From contig DAOSDU010000002.1 in the NCBI GenBank assembly GCA_035362715.1, forward strand, positions 131,400-195,399: DNA of 64,000 nt. Reading direction: 5' to 3'. Of the stretch, positions 9,502-18,516 are shown in pieces. Both the position numbers and the translations under genes were made by a program. This DNA comes from Methanofastidiosum sp. GTDB taxonomy: Archaea; Methanobacteriota_B; Thermococci; Methanofastidiosales; Methanofastidiosaceae. The notes below the pieces were generated by a model, which saw nothing but the letters and a program-made list of their open reading frames with translations, did not search any database and had not been told where the DNA came from. Within the stretch, counting starts at the first letter, position 1. Each line of letters opens with the position of its first letter.

Positions 9502-10407
9502 CTATAATTTTTGCCTGTTACTGCATTCTTCTTTATCTTGAAGTCTTTGCCATTGTTTATCTATGATCGTTTGAACTTCTTTAACGAAATCCTCTGACAG
9601 ATGTCTGAATCTTCCCTGTAGTTTATAGTATTCAATGACTTGCTTTGTCTTTTTCTTATAATTTATGGTGTAGGTGCCATTTTCAATTTCATATAAGGGG
9701 AATATTCCAGTCTCTGTTGCAAGTCTCCCTATTTCTAGGCCAATTTCTGGTTGGTACCTCCATCCAGTCGGGCAAACAGAATAAGCGTGGATATAAGAAG
9801 GTCCTTTGATGCTTTTTGCCTTTTCTATTTTCTTAATGAAATCCATTGGATAAGAGGGATTAACTGTAGCTGCATAAGGAATATTGTGCGCTGCTACTAT
9901 TTCCATCATATTCTTCTTATTTCTAGTTCTCCATCCCCCATGCTTCCCAACTGGATTTGTAGTAGTTGTAGCACCCATTGGAGTGAGACTAGAGGTCTGC
10001 ATCCCGGTGTTCATGTAAGCTTCATTATCATAGCATACATACATAATTTCATGACCTCTTTCTATGGCACCAGAAAGTGCCTGAATCCCTATATCGGCGG
10101 TGCCACCATCGCCTGCAAAGCCAACAACTGTGATTTTTTCTTTTTTACCTTTAATCTTCAAAGCCGCTTCAACACCTGAAGCTGTAGCAGCAGTCGTTTC
10201 AAAGGCATTATACAATAAGGGTATACCTAAACAGGTATCAGGAAAAGTTCCTGGTATTGCCGCAAAACAACAAGCAGGTATGTTCATTATTGTGTTTTTC
10301 CCCAAAACTTTTAGGAGATATCTAGCAACTAGCATAGCTCCACATCCGGGGCATGCTGTGTGACCGGAATAAATAAATTCTTCAGTGGGTATACCTGCTC
10401 TTTTCAT
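9502..10407 (-). CDS. porB: Pyruvate/2-oxoacid:ferredoxin oxidoreductase beta subunit
   Basis: GHTACPGCG, TPP motif GDGGTADIG...YDNEAYMNTG, CPTGW. Confidence 0.92.
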   Translation of the reverse strand: MKRAGIPTEEFIYSGHTACPGCGAMLVARYLLKVLGKNTIMNIPACCFAAIPGTFPDTCLGIPLLYNAFETTAATASGVEAALKIKGKKEKITVVGFAGDGGTADIGIQALSGAIERGHEIMYVCYDNEAYMNTGMQTSSLTPMGATTTTNPVGKHGGWRTRNKKNMMEIVAAHNIPYAATVNPSYPMDFIKKIEKAKSIKGPSYIHAYSVCPTGWRYQPEIGLEIGRLATETGIFPLYEIENGTYTINYKKKTKQVIEYYKLQGRFRHLSEDFVKEVQTIIDKQWQRLQDKEECSNRQKL

Positions 10408-10409
10408 AA

Positions 10410-11588
10410 TTACACCTTAATATCAATCCATTCAACTGGATTGTCAATTTTATTATTCTTTAAACAATTGAAACAATTATCATAAACTCTGCTAATGGTG
10501 TCCATAGTAATATCTCTGCCACCTATCCCAAGAATAAAATTCTTAATCAGGGGCGAATTCTTTACCCCATACAGAGATGCTTTCAACTCAGAAAAAATTG
10601 CACCTTCGTGCCCAAAAGAGAATGATCTATCAATTACCCCTACAAAAGAGACCTTTGATAATGCTTTATTTAGTTCCTCTGAAGGAAATGGCCTAAACAT
10701 TCTCAATCTAATAAGCCCAACTTTTACTCCTTTTTTTCTAAATAAATCTACAGTTTCTTTAACAGTTCCAGCAGCCGCACCTGAAACAATCAGGACAACT
10801 TCTGCGTCATCAACATTATAAAGTTCCAGTGGGCCAGTATATTTCCTTCCAAATTCTTTATAGAAATCTTCTTCAATTTGATTCAATTTTGGTATTACTC
10901 TGTCCATGGCTTCTTGTATTTTGTACCTGAATTCAGAATACCACTGGTGAGGCATTGAAAGAGACCCAATGCTGAGTGGGTTTTCTATATCTAGCGAGTA
11001 CAAAGGATCATATTGTGGAAGAAAATTATCGACTAAATCTTGATCAGGGATATCAACAATCTCGGAGGTATGGGATAAATAAAAAGCATCTAAGCCCACC
11101 ATGGCTGGCAAATGGATTTCTTTGTCTTCGCATAATTTGTAGGACATTATTACGGTGTCTAGTACCTCTTGGTTACTTTCAGCATAAAATTGTATCCATC
11201 CTGTATCTCTTTGAGACATCATATCTGTATGTTCAACCCATACATTCCAAGGTGGGGCCAAAGCTCTATTTACATTTGCCATGACTACGGGGGTTCTTGC
11301 GCCAGAAGCCCAATGAAGGAGTTCATGCATTAATACTAATCCTTGGGAGGATGTAGCTGTAAATGTTCTGGCTCCTGTCTGAGAAGCTGCGATGCATGCG
11401 GCCATTGCAGAATGTTCTGATTCCACGTGAAGATATTCAGCTTTGAGCTCTCCGTCTGAAACAAATTGTGCAAGTTTCTCAACGATAATTGTCTGAGGTG
11501 TTATGGGATAGGCGGCTATTACTTCTGCCCTAGAAAGCCTTGCTCCCCAAGCAGCTGCTATGTTGCCAGTCATTATCTTCTTTACCAT
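10410..11588 (-). CDS. porA: Pyruvate/2-oxoacid:ferredoxin oxidoreductase alpha subunit
   Basis: AAYPITPQT, VESEHSA, TATSSQGL, GIGGRD. Confidence 0.93.
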   Translation of the reverse strand: MVKKIMTGNIAAAWGARLSRAEVIAAYPITPQTIIVEKLAQFVSDGELKAEYLHVESEHSAMAACIAASQTGARTFTATSSQGLVLMHELLHWASGARTPVVMANVNRALAPPWNVWVEHTDMMSQRDTGWIQFYAESNQEVLDTVIMSYKLCEDKEIHLPAMVGLDAFYLSHTSEIVDIPDQDLVDNFLPQYDPLYSLDIENPLSIGSLSMPHQWYSEFRYKIQEAMDRVIPKLNQIEEDFYKEFGRKYTGPLELYNVDDAEVVLIVSGAAAGTVKETVDLFRKKGVKVGLIRLRMFRPFPSEELNKALSKVSFVGVIDRSFSFGHEGAIFSELKASLYGVKNSPLIKNFILGIGGRDITMDTISRVYDNCFNCLKNNKIDNPVEWIDIKV

Positions 11589-11875
11589 TATTTTCCCTCC
11601 CTCCCCATTCTAATCGCAGTTTTAGGGCATTCGTGAGCGCATATCCCACATCCCTTACAGTAATCATAATTAATAATAGGGAATCCTTCTTCATCAACAT
11701 ATATGGCTATATCGGGACAACATCTCCAGCAAATGCTGCATTTGATGCATTTGCTTTTATCTACCTCTGGTCTAAAGACCCTCCAGGTTCCAGTTTTTTG
11801 ATTAAGTGACGGAACATTCGACACAGAGGCTTCGGGTAAATCCTTTATTGATGATAATTTTTCAAATTTTTTCAT
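11588..11875 (-). CDS. porD: 2-oxoacid:ferredoxin oxidoreductase delta subunit, 2x[4Fe-4S]
   Basis: KTGTWRVFRP, CIKCSICWRCCP, YCKGCGICAHECP. Confidence 0.93.
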   Translation of the reverse strand: MKKFEKLSSIKDLPEASVSNVPSLNQKTGTWRVFRPEVDKSKCIKCSICWRCCPDIAIYVDEEGFPIINYDYCKGCGICAHECPKTAIRMGREGK

Positions 11876-11882
11876 ATGATCA

Positions 11883-12425
11883 TTACATTATAGTTTTATT
11901 ATAGGCCTGAGTTGCGGCCTTAATGTTCTCCTCTTTTTTAGAAGGAATATTCTCCTTTATCGCTAATAATATAGATTCAAGCATAACTTCTCCGGATATT
12001 TTGGCAAACGAGCCAAGAATAGAAGTATTTACAATAGGTGCCATTTTCGAGCCCAGTTTGTTTTCTAATGCAATTGATGTTGCATCAACAGTTGCTGTCT
12101 TAAAAGAAAGATTGTAATCTTTGGGATCTTTGTCGGAATTTATGAGAACTACTCCTCCTTTTCCCAGACCAGAAGTTACATCTGTGACATCCATTAGTGT
12201 TGGGTCAAGGACAACAATATAATTTGGGGTATAGACCTGACTTCTTATTTTAATGGGATTTTTATCTATTCTTGTAAACGAAGTAACGGGTGCACCCCTT
12301 CTTTCAACACCAAAGTATGGAAAAGCTTGGACATATTTTCCTTCTCGAAAAGCTGCGTCGGCTAGAATATTTGATGCGACTACAGCGCCTTGCCCACCTC
12401 TCCCATGAAATCTTATTTCTATCAA
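11883..12425 (-). CDS. porG: 2-oxoacid:ferredoxin oxidoreductase gamma subunit
   Basis: [21 protein letters not shown]; gamma-delta-alpha-beta gene order. Confidence 0.93.
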
Positions 12426-12523
12426 AAAATCCCTCTAGATTATAATGATTTTATATTTTTAAAAAGCTTTTTACTGCTAAGTACGAAGATAAATAAGTTA
12501 ACTTATAAAATAAGGTCCATTAA

Positions 12524-12991
12524 CTAAATTAACATTTTTTCATAATCCTGGACAATGTATTTTTTGCCTTTCTGAATTACTTTATGGCCCTCTCTTTCCA
12601 AAAGCTGTTTCTGATAGTTAATGCCACCAGGGTAATTTTCATTTATTATCCCTCCTGTTTTTAGAGTTCTCCAATAGGGGGTAATATCTGCCTTCCCCTC
12701 CAAAGCGGCCTCATTTGCAGCATGAGCACTAATCCATGCAAAAATTCCAGTAGTCAAAGGGCACCCTATAGACGCATTGTGTTTTTCTGCAAGTTTTTTC
12801 CTAATTTGATCAATCGTAATTAGCTTTCCTTCTGGAACAGTTCTCATTATTTCATTGACTTCAATAGGGGCAGGAATAACAACTGTACCCTCCCCCCATC
12901 TTTTAGACATCTTCTCGGTTATTATTTCAACTTTTGGCAAATCTTTGCTATCTTCTAATTTTTCTCTCCATGATTTATTTCTTGTACTCAT
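12524..12991 (-). CDS. MGMT-family DNA-binding protein (alkyltransferase-like)
   Basis: VPEGKLIT helix-turn-helix region and PYWRT where MGMT has PCHRV. Confidence 0.75.
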   Translation of the reverse strand: MSTRNKSWREKLEDSKDLPKVEIITEKMSKRWGEGTVVIPAPIEVNEIMRTVPEGKLITIDQIRKKLAEKHNASIGCPLTTGIFAWISAHAANEAALEGKADITPYWRTLKTGGIINENYPGGINYQKQLLEREGHKVIQKGKKYIVQDYEKMLI

Positions 12992-13018
12992 CTTAATTCC
13001 TGTATACCATCATTGTTT

Positions 13019-13939
13019 TTATTTTAAATAATTTATTGATTTAGATCTTAGTTTTTTTATTTCATAATAAAGTGGGGAAAAAAGCTGTTCAACAATATAG
13101 TAAACAACTGGGAAGAACACAACTTCAGGCTCGAAAAACGAAACAACAATTATTGCAAGGCTTATATTCTTAAAAAAAGACGGTATAAAAATTGATTCTT
13201 TTTCTTCCATTTTCAATTTTAAGATATTAGAGGAGATTGTCATAAATAAAATTATAACGATGATGAAAAATAGGGATAAGAATATTGAAAGAAATAAATA
13301 ATCTTTTACTAAGTCGAGCCTTTCAACGCTTTTGGAAACTGCGATGTATATTATGATTCCCATAACAAAAAAAGAAATATTTGAATTCAAAATTTTTGTA
13401 AGTTTTTTCCTGACAATAATTGAAATCAACACAGGGATGAAGATTATTAGTGCCATCTCCAAGAACATCTTTTGGGCGTTGACGTTTATTTCATCCCTTA
13501 GAATTAGATATATGTAAGTTGGAGTTATTAGAGGAGATGCTAGTATAGTTGTTACTATCAAAAGTAAAGTAATCTCAACTTTCCCGCCTAGCTCTTTGGA
13601 CCATACTAGAGTAGACCCTGCGGCCAGAGGCACAGATCCTGTGATGAAAATTCCAATAAATAATGGAAAATTGATTAAATTCATTTTGAGGAGGGATATC
13701 CCTATAATAAAGAATAGTACCGGGATGAAAGCATAGCATGTGAAGAATCCCAGCAAAAAAGGCTTTAAGAGTTCTATGTATTTTTTATAAATCTTAAAAT
13801 CGACTTTAATTGTGGATAAGAAGATTAGGATGCTTTGTAGAAGTGGCACTATTGGGGATATCTCTTTTCCATATGAAGGAAAATAGATGCCGAGTACTAT
13901 AGAAGAAATAATTATAATTAAAGGAATCCCAAACATCAA
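13019..13939 (-). CDS. Bile acid:sodium symporter (BASS) family transporter
   Basis: About 10 TM helices; P-x-A-x-x-S-x-VW...GG motif; KNISLA. Confidence 0.8.
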   Translation of the reverse strand: MMFGIPLIIIISSIVLGIYFPSYGKEISPIVPLLQSILIFLSTIKVDFKIYKKYIELLKPFLLGFFTCYAFIPVLFFIIGISLLKMNLINFPLFIGIFITGSVPLAAGSTLVWSKELGGKVEITLLLIVTTILASPLITPTYIYLILRDEINVNAQKMFLEMALIIFIPVLISIIVRKKLTKILNSNISFFVMGIIIYIAVSKSVERLDLVKDYLFLSIFLSLFFIIVIILFMTISSNILKLKMEEKESIFIPSFFKNISLAIIVVSFFEPEVVFFPVVYYIVEQLFSPLYYEIKKLRSKSINYLK

Positions 13940-13989
13940 GGATTATAAAATAGATTAATATTAAAGTTTATTGTAGGTAAAAGTCTTAT

Positions 13990-14412
13990 CTAATATCTGA
14001 ATTTTTTATCAATTAGACTCCTTGCATATAAAATTCTTTCATCCATTCTTTTTACCATATGATCCCTTAGAAACGGGCGGAGTCTTTTTTTCATTTTGAC
14101 ATACTCGCCTTCAATATCCTGAAAATTACTAATTACTTTAGGATCACGTACTCCTCTCGAGTTTTCAAGGAACTTTACAAAATTCTCAACCCTTTCCTCA
14201 TAAGCATCCCAGATCATTTTCATCCCAAATAGTTCATCTTCCACTACTACCTCTCCTTCGGAGTAATAAGGAACTGAACTAACGTCTTTTCTTGGAATTG
14301 GTCTTTTGGCAGGATCTTTTGGGATGCCTTCCTTCTTTGGGGCATAAAAGAAATAGATTACACAAAGGATTGCTATTAAAACAACTGCACCTATCAGAAT
14401 CTCGTAAATCAT
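13990..14412 (-). CDS. Hypothetical protein with N-terminal membrane anchor
   Basis: Hydrophobic first 24 aa, Pro/Lys linker, helical C-terminal domain. Confidence 0.6.
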   Translation of the reverse strand: MIYEILIGAVVLIAILCVIYFFYAPKKEGIPKDPAKRPIPRKDVSSVPYYSEGEVVVEDELFGMKMIWDAYEERVENFVKFLENSRGVRDPKVISNFQDIEGEYVKMKKRLRPFLRDHMVKRMDERILYARSLIDKKFRY

Positions 14413-14446
14413 GCAATTAATTTATTTTACCTGTATTTAAATATAT

Positions 14447-15091
14447 TTAATCGATTTCTTTTAGTTCGACTTTTACCACTTTTGCATCTATTCTTATCGT
14501 TCCGTAATAACCTTCTTTTAAAGGCCCAGGATTTAGCAGTTGAGTATTGCCAATAGAATCAATTGCTCTTGATTCATGAACGTGCCCAGAAACTGCAACA
14601 AGCGGCTGCATTTTCTCTATGATACTTCTAACTGATGTACTTCCTATTGATTTGCTATTCCCAATCCTGTCCAATTTAGTTCCATATGGCGGTACGTGAG
14701 TTACTAGAACCATATTCTTAAAGGAAAGTTTTGAAAGTCCTGCCATTATTTGATCTTCCTCATACTCAGAAGGAGTTCCAAAAGGAGACTTATTTGATCC
14801 CCCAAATCCCCCTATAGCATAATCTGCTACTTTGACTTCCTTTTCATGGAGTGAAATCCCTAATGATTCTATATGGTCCTTGACTTCACTTTTGTCGCAG
14901 TTTCCAAAAATAGTATAGAATTGGATATTTGGTATAAGTTCCAATACTTCTTTGGCCTCTTTTTCTCCGCCAAATGAAGTGATATCCCCACAACAGAGTA
15001 AAAGGTCAAATTCTCTTATATCAATAGAATCAAACAATTTCTTTAAAGAACTTTTCTTTCCATGTATATCCGTTATTGCACAAATATTCAT
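14447..15091 (-). CDS. Calcineurin-like metallophosphoesterase
   Basis: DIHG, GDIT, GNCD, THVPP, GHVHE, NPG motifs. Confidence 0.9.
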   Translation of the reverse strand: MNICAITDIHGKKSSLKKLFDSIDIREFDLLLCCGDITSFGGEKEAKEVLELIPNIQFYTIFGNCDKSEVKDHIESLGISLHEKEVKVADYAIGGFGGSNKSPFGTPSEYEEDQIMAGLSKLSFKNMVLVTHVPPYGTKLDRIGNSKSIGSTSVRSIIEKMQPLVAVSGHVHESRAIDSIGNTQLLNPGPLKEGYYGTIRIDAKVVKVELKEID

Positions 15092-15124
15092 AAAACAGAA
15101 GTCAATAATTTCTATTTAAAGATT

Positions 15125-15186
15125 TTGAAGGAGAAGGTAATAAAAAGCATACTGGCGATATGGCTGAAATAATACCTCCTCCTCAA
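15125..15186 (-). ncRNA. Putative small structured RNA (long hairpin)
   Basis: UUGAGGAGGAGGUA pairs with UACCUUCUCCUUCAA (14 bp, one bulge, G-U only on the minus strand); inner stem CAUAU/GUAUG; TTTAAAAA about 20-27 nt upstream. Confidence 0.4.
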
Positions 15187-15235
15187 CTCACAATCAATAA
15201 TTGTATTTTTAAATCTTGCGTAATGTAGGAATAAC

Positions 15236-16003
15236 TCAATACTCGGCAATTACCAACATCTCAAAATCTTCAGTTGTTAATTTATCTTTTCTGCTAAACG
15301 CTCCTTGCTTGCAGCCGTATATATCAACTTTTTTAAATCCCAATGATTTTAATAACCATGTTATTTCAGAGGGAACATAATATCTTTCATCACACTTGAT
15401 CTTCTTTTTATTTCCATCGTCATCTGTAAACTCTAATACTGATTTATCTCTGAAGGTCATTAAATCAAATGTATTCTCCAGATTTTTTCCATCGACAGAA
15501 TTGGAGTTGATAAAATCTTTAACAGAATGAAATAGTGGGAAAAGACCATTTAGAGTAGTCAAGATTAATTTTCCCCCATCCTTTAAGGACTTAGCAGCAT
15601 TTTGAAGAATCATAAAGTTCATTTCATCGGTCTCCATTAATGGAAATCCACCTTCACAGATGATGAGTGCAAGATCAAATTCTTTTTCAAATTTTAAATC
15701 TCTTGCATCTGCTTTAATGAAATCAACTTTTACTTTAGATTCCTTAGCCTTTTCTATCGCTCTCTCCAACATACATTCAGAAAGGTCAATCCCAGTTACA
15801 TTATATCCTCTTTTTGCAAGTTCTATAGAATGCCTACCTGTACCGCAACCGATATCTATAATTTTCTTAGATTTATCTTTTTTAATTTCTTTTTCAATGA
15901 AATCTATTTCTCCCATTGTTCCTTTAGTATACCCTTCTGTTTCGTAAGTTTCAGCATAATTTTGAAATAATTCTTCGTACCATTTTGCCATGAATAAATT
16001 CAT
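15236..16003 (-). CDS. Class I SAM-dependent methyltransferase
   Basis: IIDIGCGTGRH, GIDLS, ADAR, LKDGGKLIL. Confidence 0.9.
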   Translation of the reverse strand: MNLFMAKWYEELFQNYAETYETEGYTKGTMGEIDFIEKEIKKDKSKKIIDIGCGTGRHSIELAKRGYNVTGIDLSECMLERAIEKAKESKVKVDFIKADARDLKFEKEFDLALIICEGGFPLMETDEMNFMILQNAAKSLKDGGKLILTTLNGLFPLFHSVKDFINSNSVDGKNLENTFDLMTFRDKSVLEFTDDDGNKKKIKCDERYYVPSEITWLLKSLGFKKVDIYGCKQGAFSRKDKLTTEDFEMLVIAEY

Positions 16004-16224
16004 TCTACTTTTCTTTATATTATTTTTGTCAATTTCCTGAAAAGTAAAATCTCGTCAATTAAAATAATAATTCTCGGATAGTAGTCTAATATGTATTAAT
16101 GAGTCTTTTATGCTACCCAGAATTTGATAATACAAAATGGGTCTAATCCTATCTGGATAATTATGTCTATAGATTTACCAAAATTTAAAAAAAATATATT
16201 AAAAAAATAAATAATTTTTTAAAT

Positions 16225-16908
16225 TTATTTTTCTTTTCTAAAGCACATAAACCAGTCAAGACAGTATTTGCCTTCTTCTTTTTTCTCCATCCTTTCTTTA
16301 GCCACGCCACAAGATCCGGGAGGCGGAATTATTACGTCGTCGCCCGGTTGCCAGTTGGCCGGAGTTGCAATTTGTTCTTTGTCTGATTTCTGCATTGCAA
16401 GAAGTAATCTCTTGATTTCTTGCATATTTCTTCCATTTGATAGCGGATAATAGAGCATTGCCCTTACTTTTGCTTTAGGATCTATTAGGAATACCGCCCT
16501 TACCGCCTGAGTTGTAGATGCATTTGGTTGGACCATTCCAAATTTCTTTGAAATATCCATCTTTAAGTCTTCTATTACGGGGAACATAATTTCAACATTT
16601 TTCATGCCTTTATATTCGATCTTTTCTTTTATAGTTCTTAACCAAGCTATATGGGCATAAATACTATCTATCGATAATCCTATTAACTCACAATTTAAAT
16701 CTTTGAGTTCTTTCTGCATTGATGCAAAAGTCATAAATTCAGTTGTGCATACGGGAGTAAAGTCTGCCGGATGACTGAAAAATATCACCCATTTACCCTT
16801 GTAGTCTTCTGGAAAATTTATTTCTCCCATTGTAGTTTTTGCTTTAAATTTAGGTGCGTCATCACCTATTAATGGCATACTCATTTGTTGTTTAGATTCT
16901 TCTTCCAT
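16225..16908 (-). CDS. Peroxiredoxin (Prx6/archaeal type)
   Basis: FSHPADFTPVCTTE, YYPLSNGRN, TPANW, C-terminal CLDWFMC. Confidence 0.93.
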   Translation of the reverse strand: MEEESKQQMSMPLIGDDAPKFKAKTTMGEINFPEDYKGKWVIFFSHPADFTPVCTTEFMTFASMQKELKDLNCELIGLSIDSIYAHIAWLRTIKEKIEYKGMKNVEIMFPVIEDLKMDISKKFGMVQPNASTTQAVRAVFLIDPKAKVRAMLYYPLSNGRNMQEIKRLLLAMQKSDKEQIATPANWQPGDDVIIPPPGSCGVAKERMEKKEEGKYCLDWFMCFRKEK

Positions 16909-17092
16909 TTATTCACCAACTCAACATTTTATTTTATGTTGCTAGATTTATTGGAAATTGAATATATATAACTTTATACATTTTGAAATATAATCTTAAA
17001 GATAAATAATTTAAAGAATATTAGTTTTTATATAATAATTAATATTAATTAAAGATTCTCTTATTTTCCTAAATATTTTTTTTAATAAAGAC

Positions 17093-17126
17093 TTAGTAAT
17101 CATTCAGCTTAACTTAATAAACTATG
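17093..17126 (+). repeat. Imperfect direct repeat, copy 1 (upstream of the beta-propeller gene)
   Basis: TTAGTAATCATTCAGCTTAACTTAATAAACTATG; matches 18073-18108 with 3 substitutions and a 2-nt indel. Confidence 0.75.
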
Positions 17127-17197
17127 AATTAAATCGATAAGCAAATGTTTATATATTAACTACCAATTTATTTTGGCAATTATAACGGTGATTTATT

Positions 17198-17992
17198 GTG
17201 AAAAAAATAATAAAGATATTTCTGATTATCTCTGTTCTTGTATTTACCACGATTTCTGGTGTTATGGGAACAAAAGTTCTTTCTGAAAAAATGATAACTA
17301 GCGATACACATAATCAGCAGCGTCCTGCAATATACGGCGACATAGTGGTCTGGGAGGATACTAGAGACTACAATACTACTGGAAATGACATCTATGGTTA
17401 CAATCTAAAGACTAAGGAAGAGTTTGCCATATGCACAGAGGAAAGAAATCAAACGAACCCAGCCATATACGGCGACATCGTCGTCTGGATGGACAATAGA
17501 AGTAGTCCTAACTGGGACATCTACGGCTACAATCTAAAGACTGGGGAGAAGTTAACGATATGCAAGTATGCAAGTGCTCAGCGATATTCTGCAATATACG
17601 GCGACATCGTCGTCTGGATGGACTATAGAAGCGATAACTGGGACATCTACGGCTACAATCTAAAGACCCAGCAGGATTTCCCTATATGCACAGCTGTAAA
17701 TACTCAGTATTTTCCTGCAATATATGGCGACATCGTCGTCTGGGAGGATAAGAGAAGTGGGACTACAGATATCTACGGCTACAATCTGAAAACTAAGCAG
17801 GAGTTCCCTATATGCACATATACAAGTGCTCAGTCTTTTCCTGCAATCTACTGTGACCGGGTGGTATGGGAAGACTCTAGAAACGGTAACGCCGACATTT
17901 ACCTTGCATATCTAGACGTCGTATGCAGAGAATCAAAATCCCTTCCAATGCAACAGTTCATGAAGATATTGGGCCTAGGCAAGGAAGAATAG
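17198..17992 (+). CDS. Secreted beta-propeller repeat protein (methanogen TolB-like repeats)
   Basis: Signal peptide; five repeats of PAIYGDIVVWxD.R....DIYGYNL; GTG start after GGTGA. Confidence 0.88.
   Translation: MKKIIKIFLIISVLVFTTISGVMGTKVLSEKMITSDTHNQQRPAIYGDIVVWEDTRDYNTTGNDIYGYNLKTKEEFAICTEERNQTNPAIYGDIVVWMDNRSSPNWDIYGYNLKTGEKLTICKYASAQRYSAIYGDIVVWMDYRSDNWDIYGYNLKTQQDFPICTAVNTQYFPAIYGDIVVWEDKRSGTTDIYGYNLKTKQEFPICTYTSAQSFPAIYCDRVVWEDSRNGNADIYLAYLDVVCRESKSLPMQQFMKILGLGKEE
17327..17900 (+). repeat. Intragenic tandem repeats, five units of 126-135 nt
   Basis: GCAATATACGGCGACATCGTCGTCTGG-like cores start at 17327, 17462, 17591, 17717 and 17843; all spacings are multiples of 3. Confidence 0.9.
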
Positions 17993-18072
17993 ATTTATTT
18001 TATTTATTAAAGCTCTTTTCTTGGATAAACCATTTCGTTTATTTTAATCTTATATTCCAATTCCCTATAACA

Positions 18073-18108
18073 TTAGTAAAATCATTCAGTTAAAGTTAAT
18101 AAACTATG
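18073..18108 (+). repeat. Imperfect direct repeat, copy 2 (downstream of the beta-propeller gene)
   Basis: TTAGTAAAATCATTCAGTTAAAGTTAATAAACTATG. Confidence 0.75.
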
Positions 18109-18291
18109 CTAGTTAATAAGTAGTTTATGATTTTTTGTTAAGCTCTATAGTCAAATCTATAAATAAATGATCTTATACAAAAAGAAAAAATCTTGAAAAC
18201 ATTTAATAATCTATTTTATAAGTGAAGTCTAATCAATAAAATAAATCTATACAAAGAAAGACTTTTTAATCGATATACTGAGGTAAAAATC

Positions 18292-18516
18292 ATGTGTCTT
18301 GCAGTTCCAGGTAAAGTTATTGAAATAAAAGACAGTGTCGGAATAGTTGATTTCAACGGAATTAAAAGAGAAGTAAGATTAGACCTTGTAGATGTTATTA
18401 TTGGAGACTATGTAATTGTCCATACTGGATTTGCAATTGAAAAAATGGACGAGAGAGAAGCTCTGGAATCTTTGGAGATCTGGAAAGAACTCCTAAAAGC
18501 TCAGGAGGATTTTTAG
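18292..18516 (+). CDS. hypC: [NiFe]-hydrogenase maturation chaperone HypC
   Basis: MCLAVPG N-terminus, GDYVIVHTGFAI. Confidence 0.97.
   Translation: MCLAVPGKVIEIKDSVGIVDFNGIKREVRLDLVDVIIGDYVIVHTGFAIEKMDEREALESLEIWKELLKAQEDF

Noticed and set aside
15125..15186. SECIS, C/D or H/ACA identity for the hairpin
   Set aside because: No GAA/A internal loop, no C/D boxes, no K-loop or properly placed ACA on the pairing strand; kept only as an unclassified candidate
17327..17900. Regularly spaced DNA repeats resembling a CRISPR array or DGR target
   Set aside because: The units are in-frame protein repeats with homologous intervening sequence; no cas or reverse transcriptase gene, and differences are not adenine-specific
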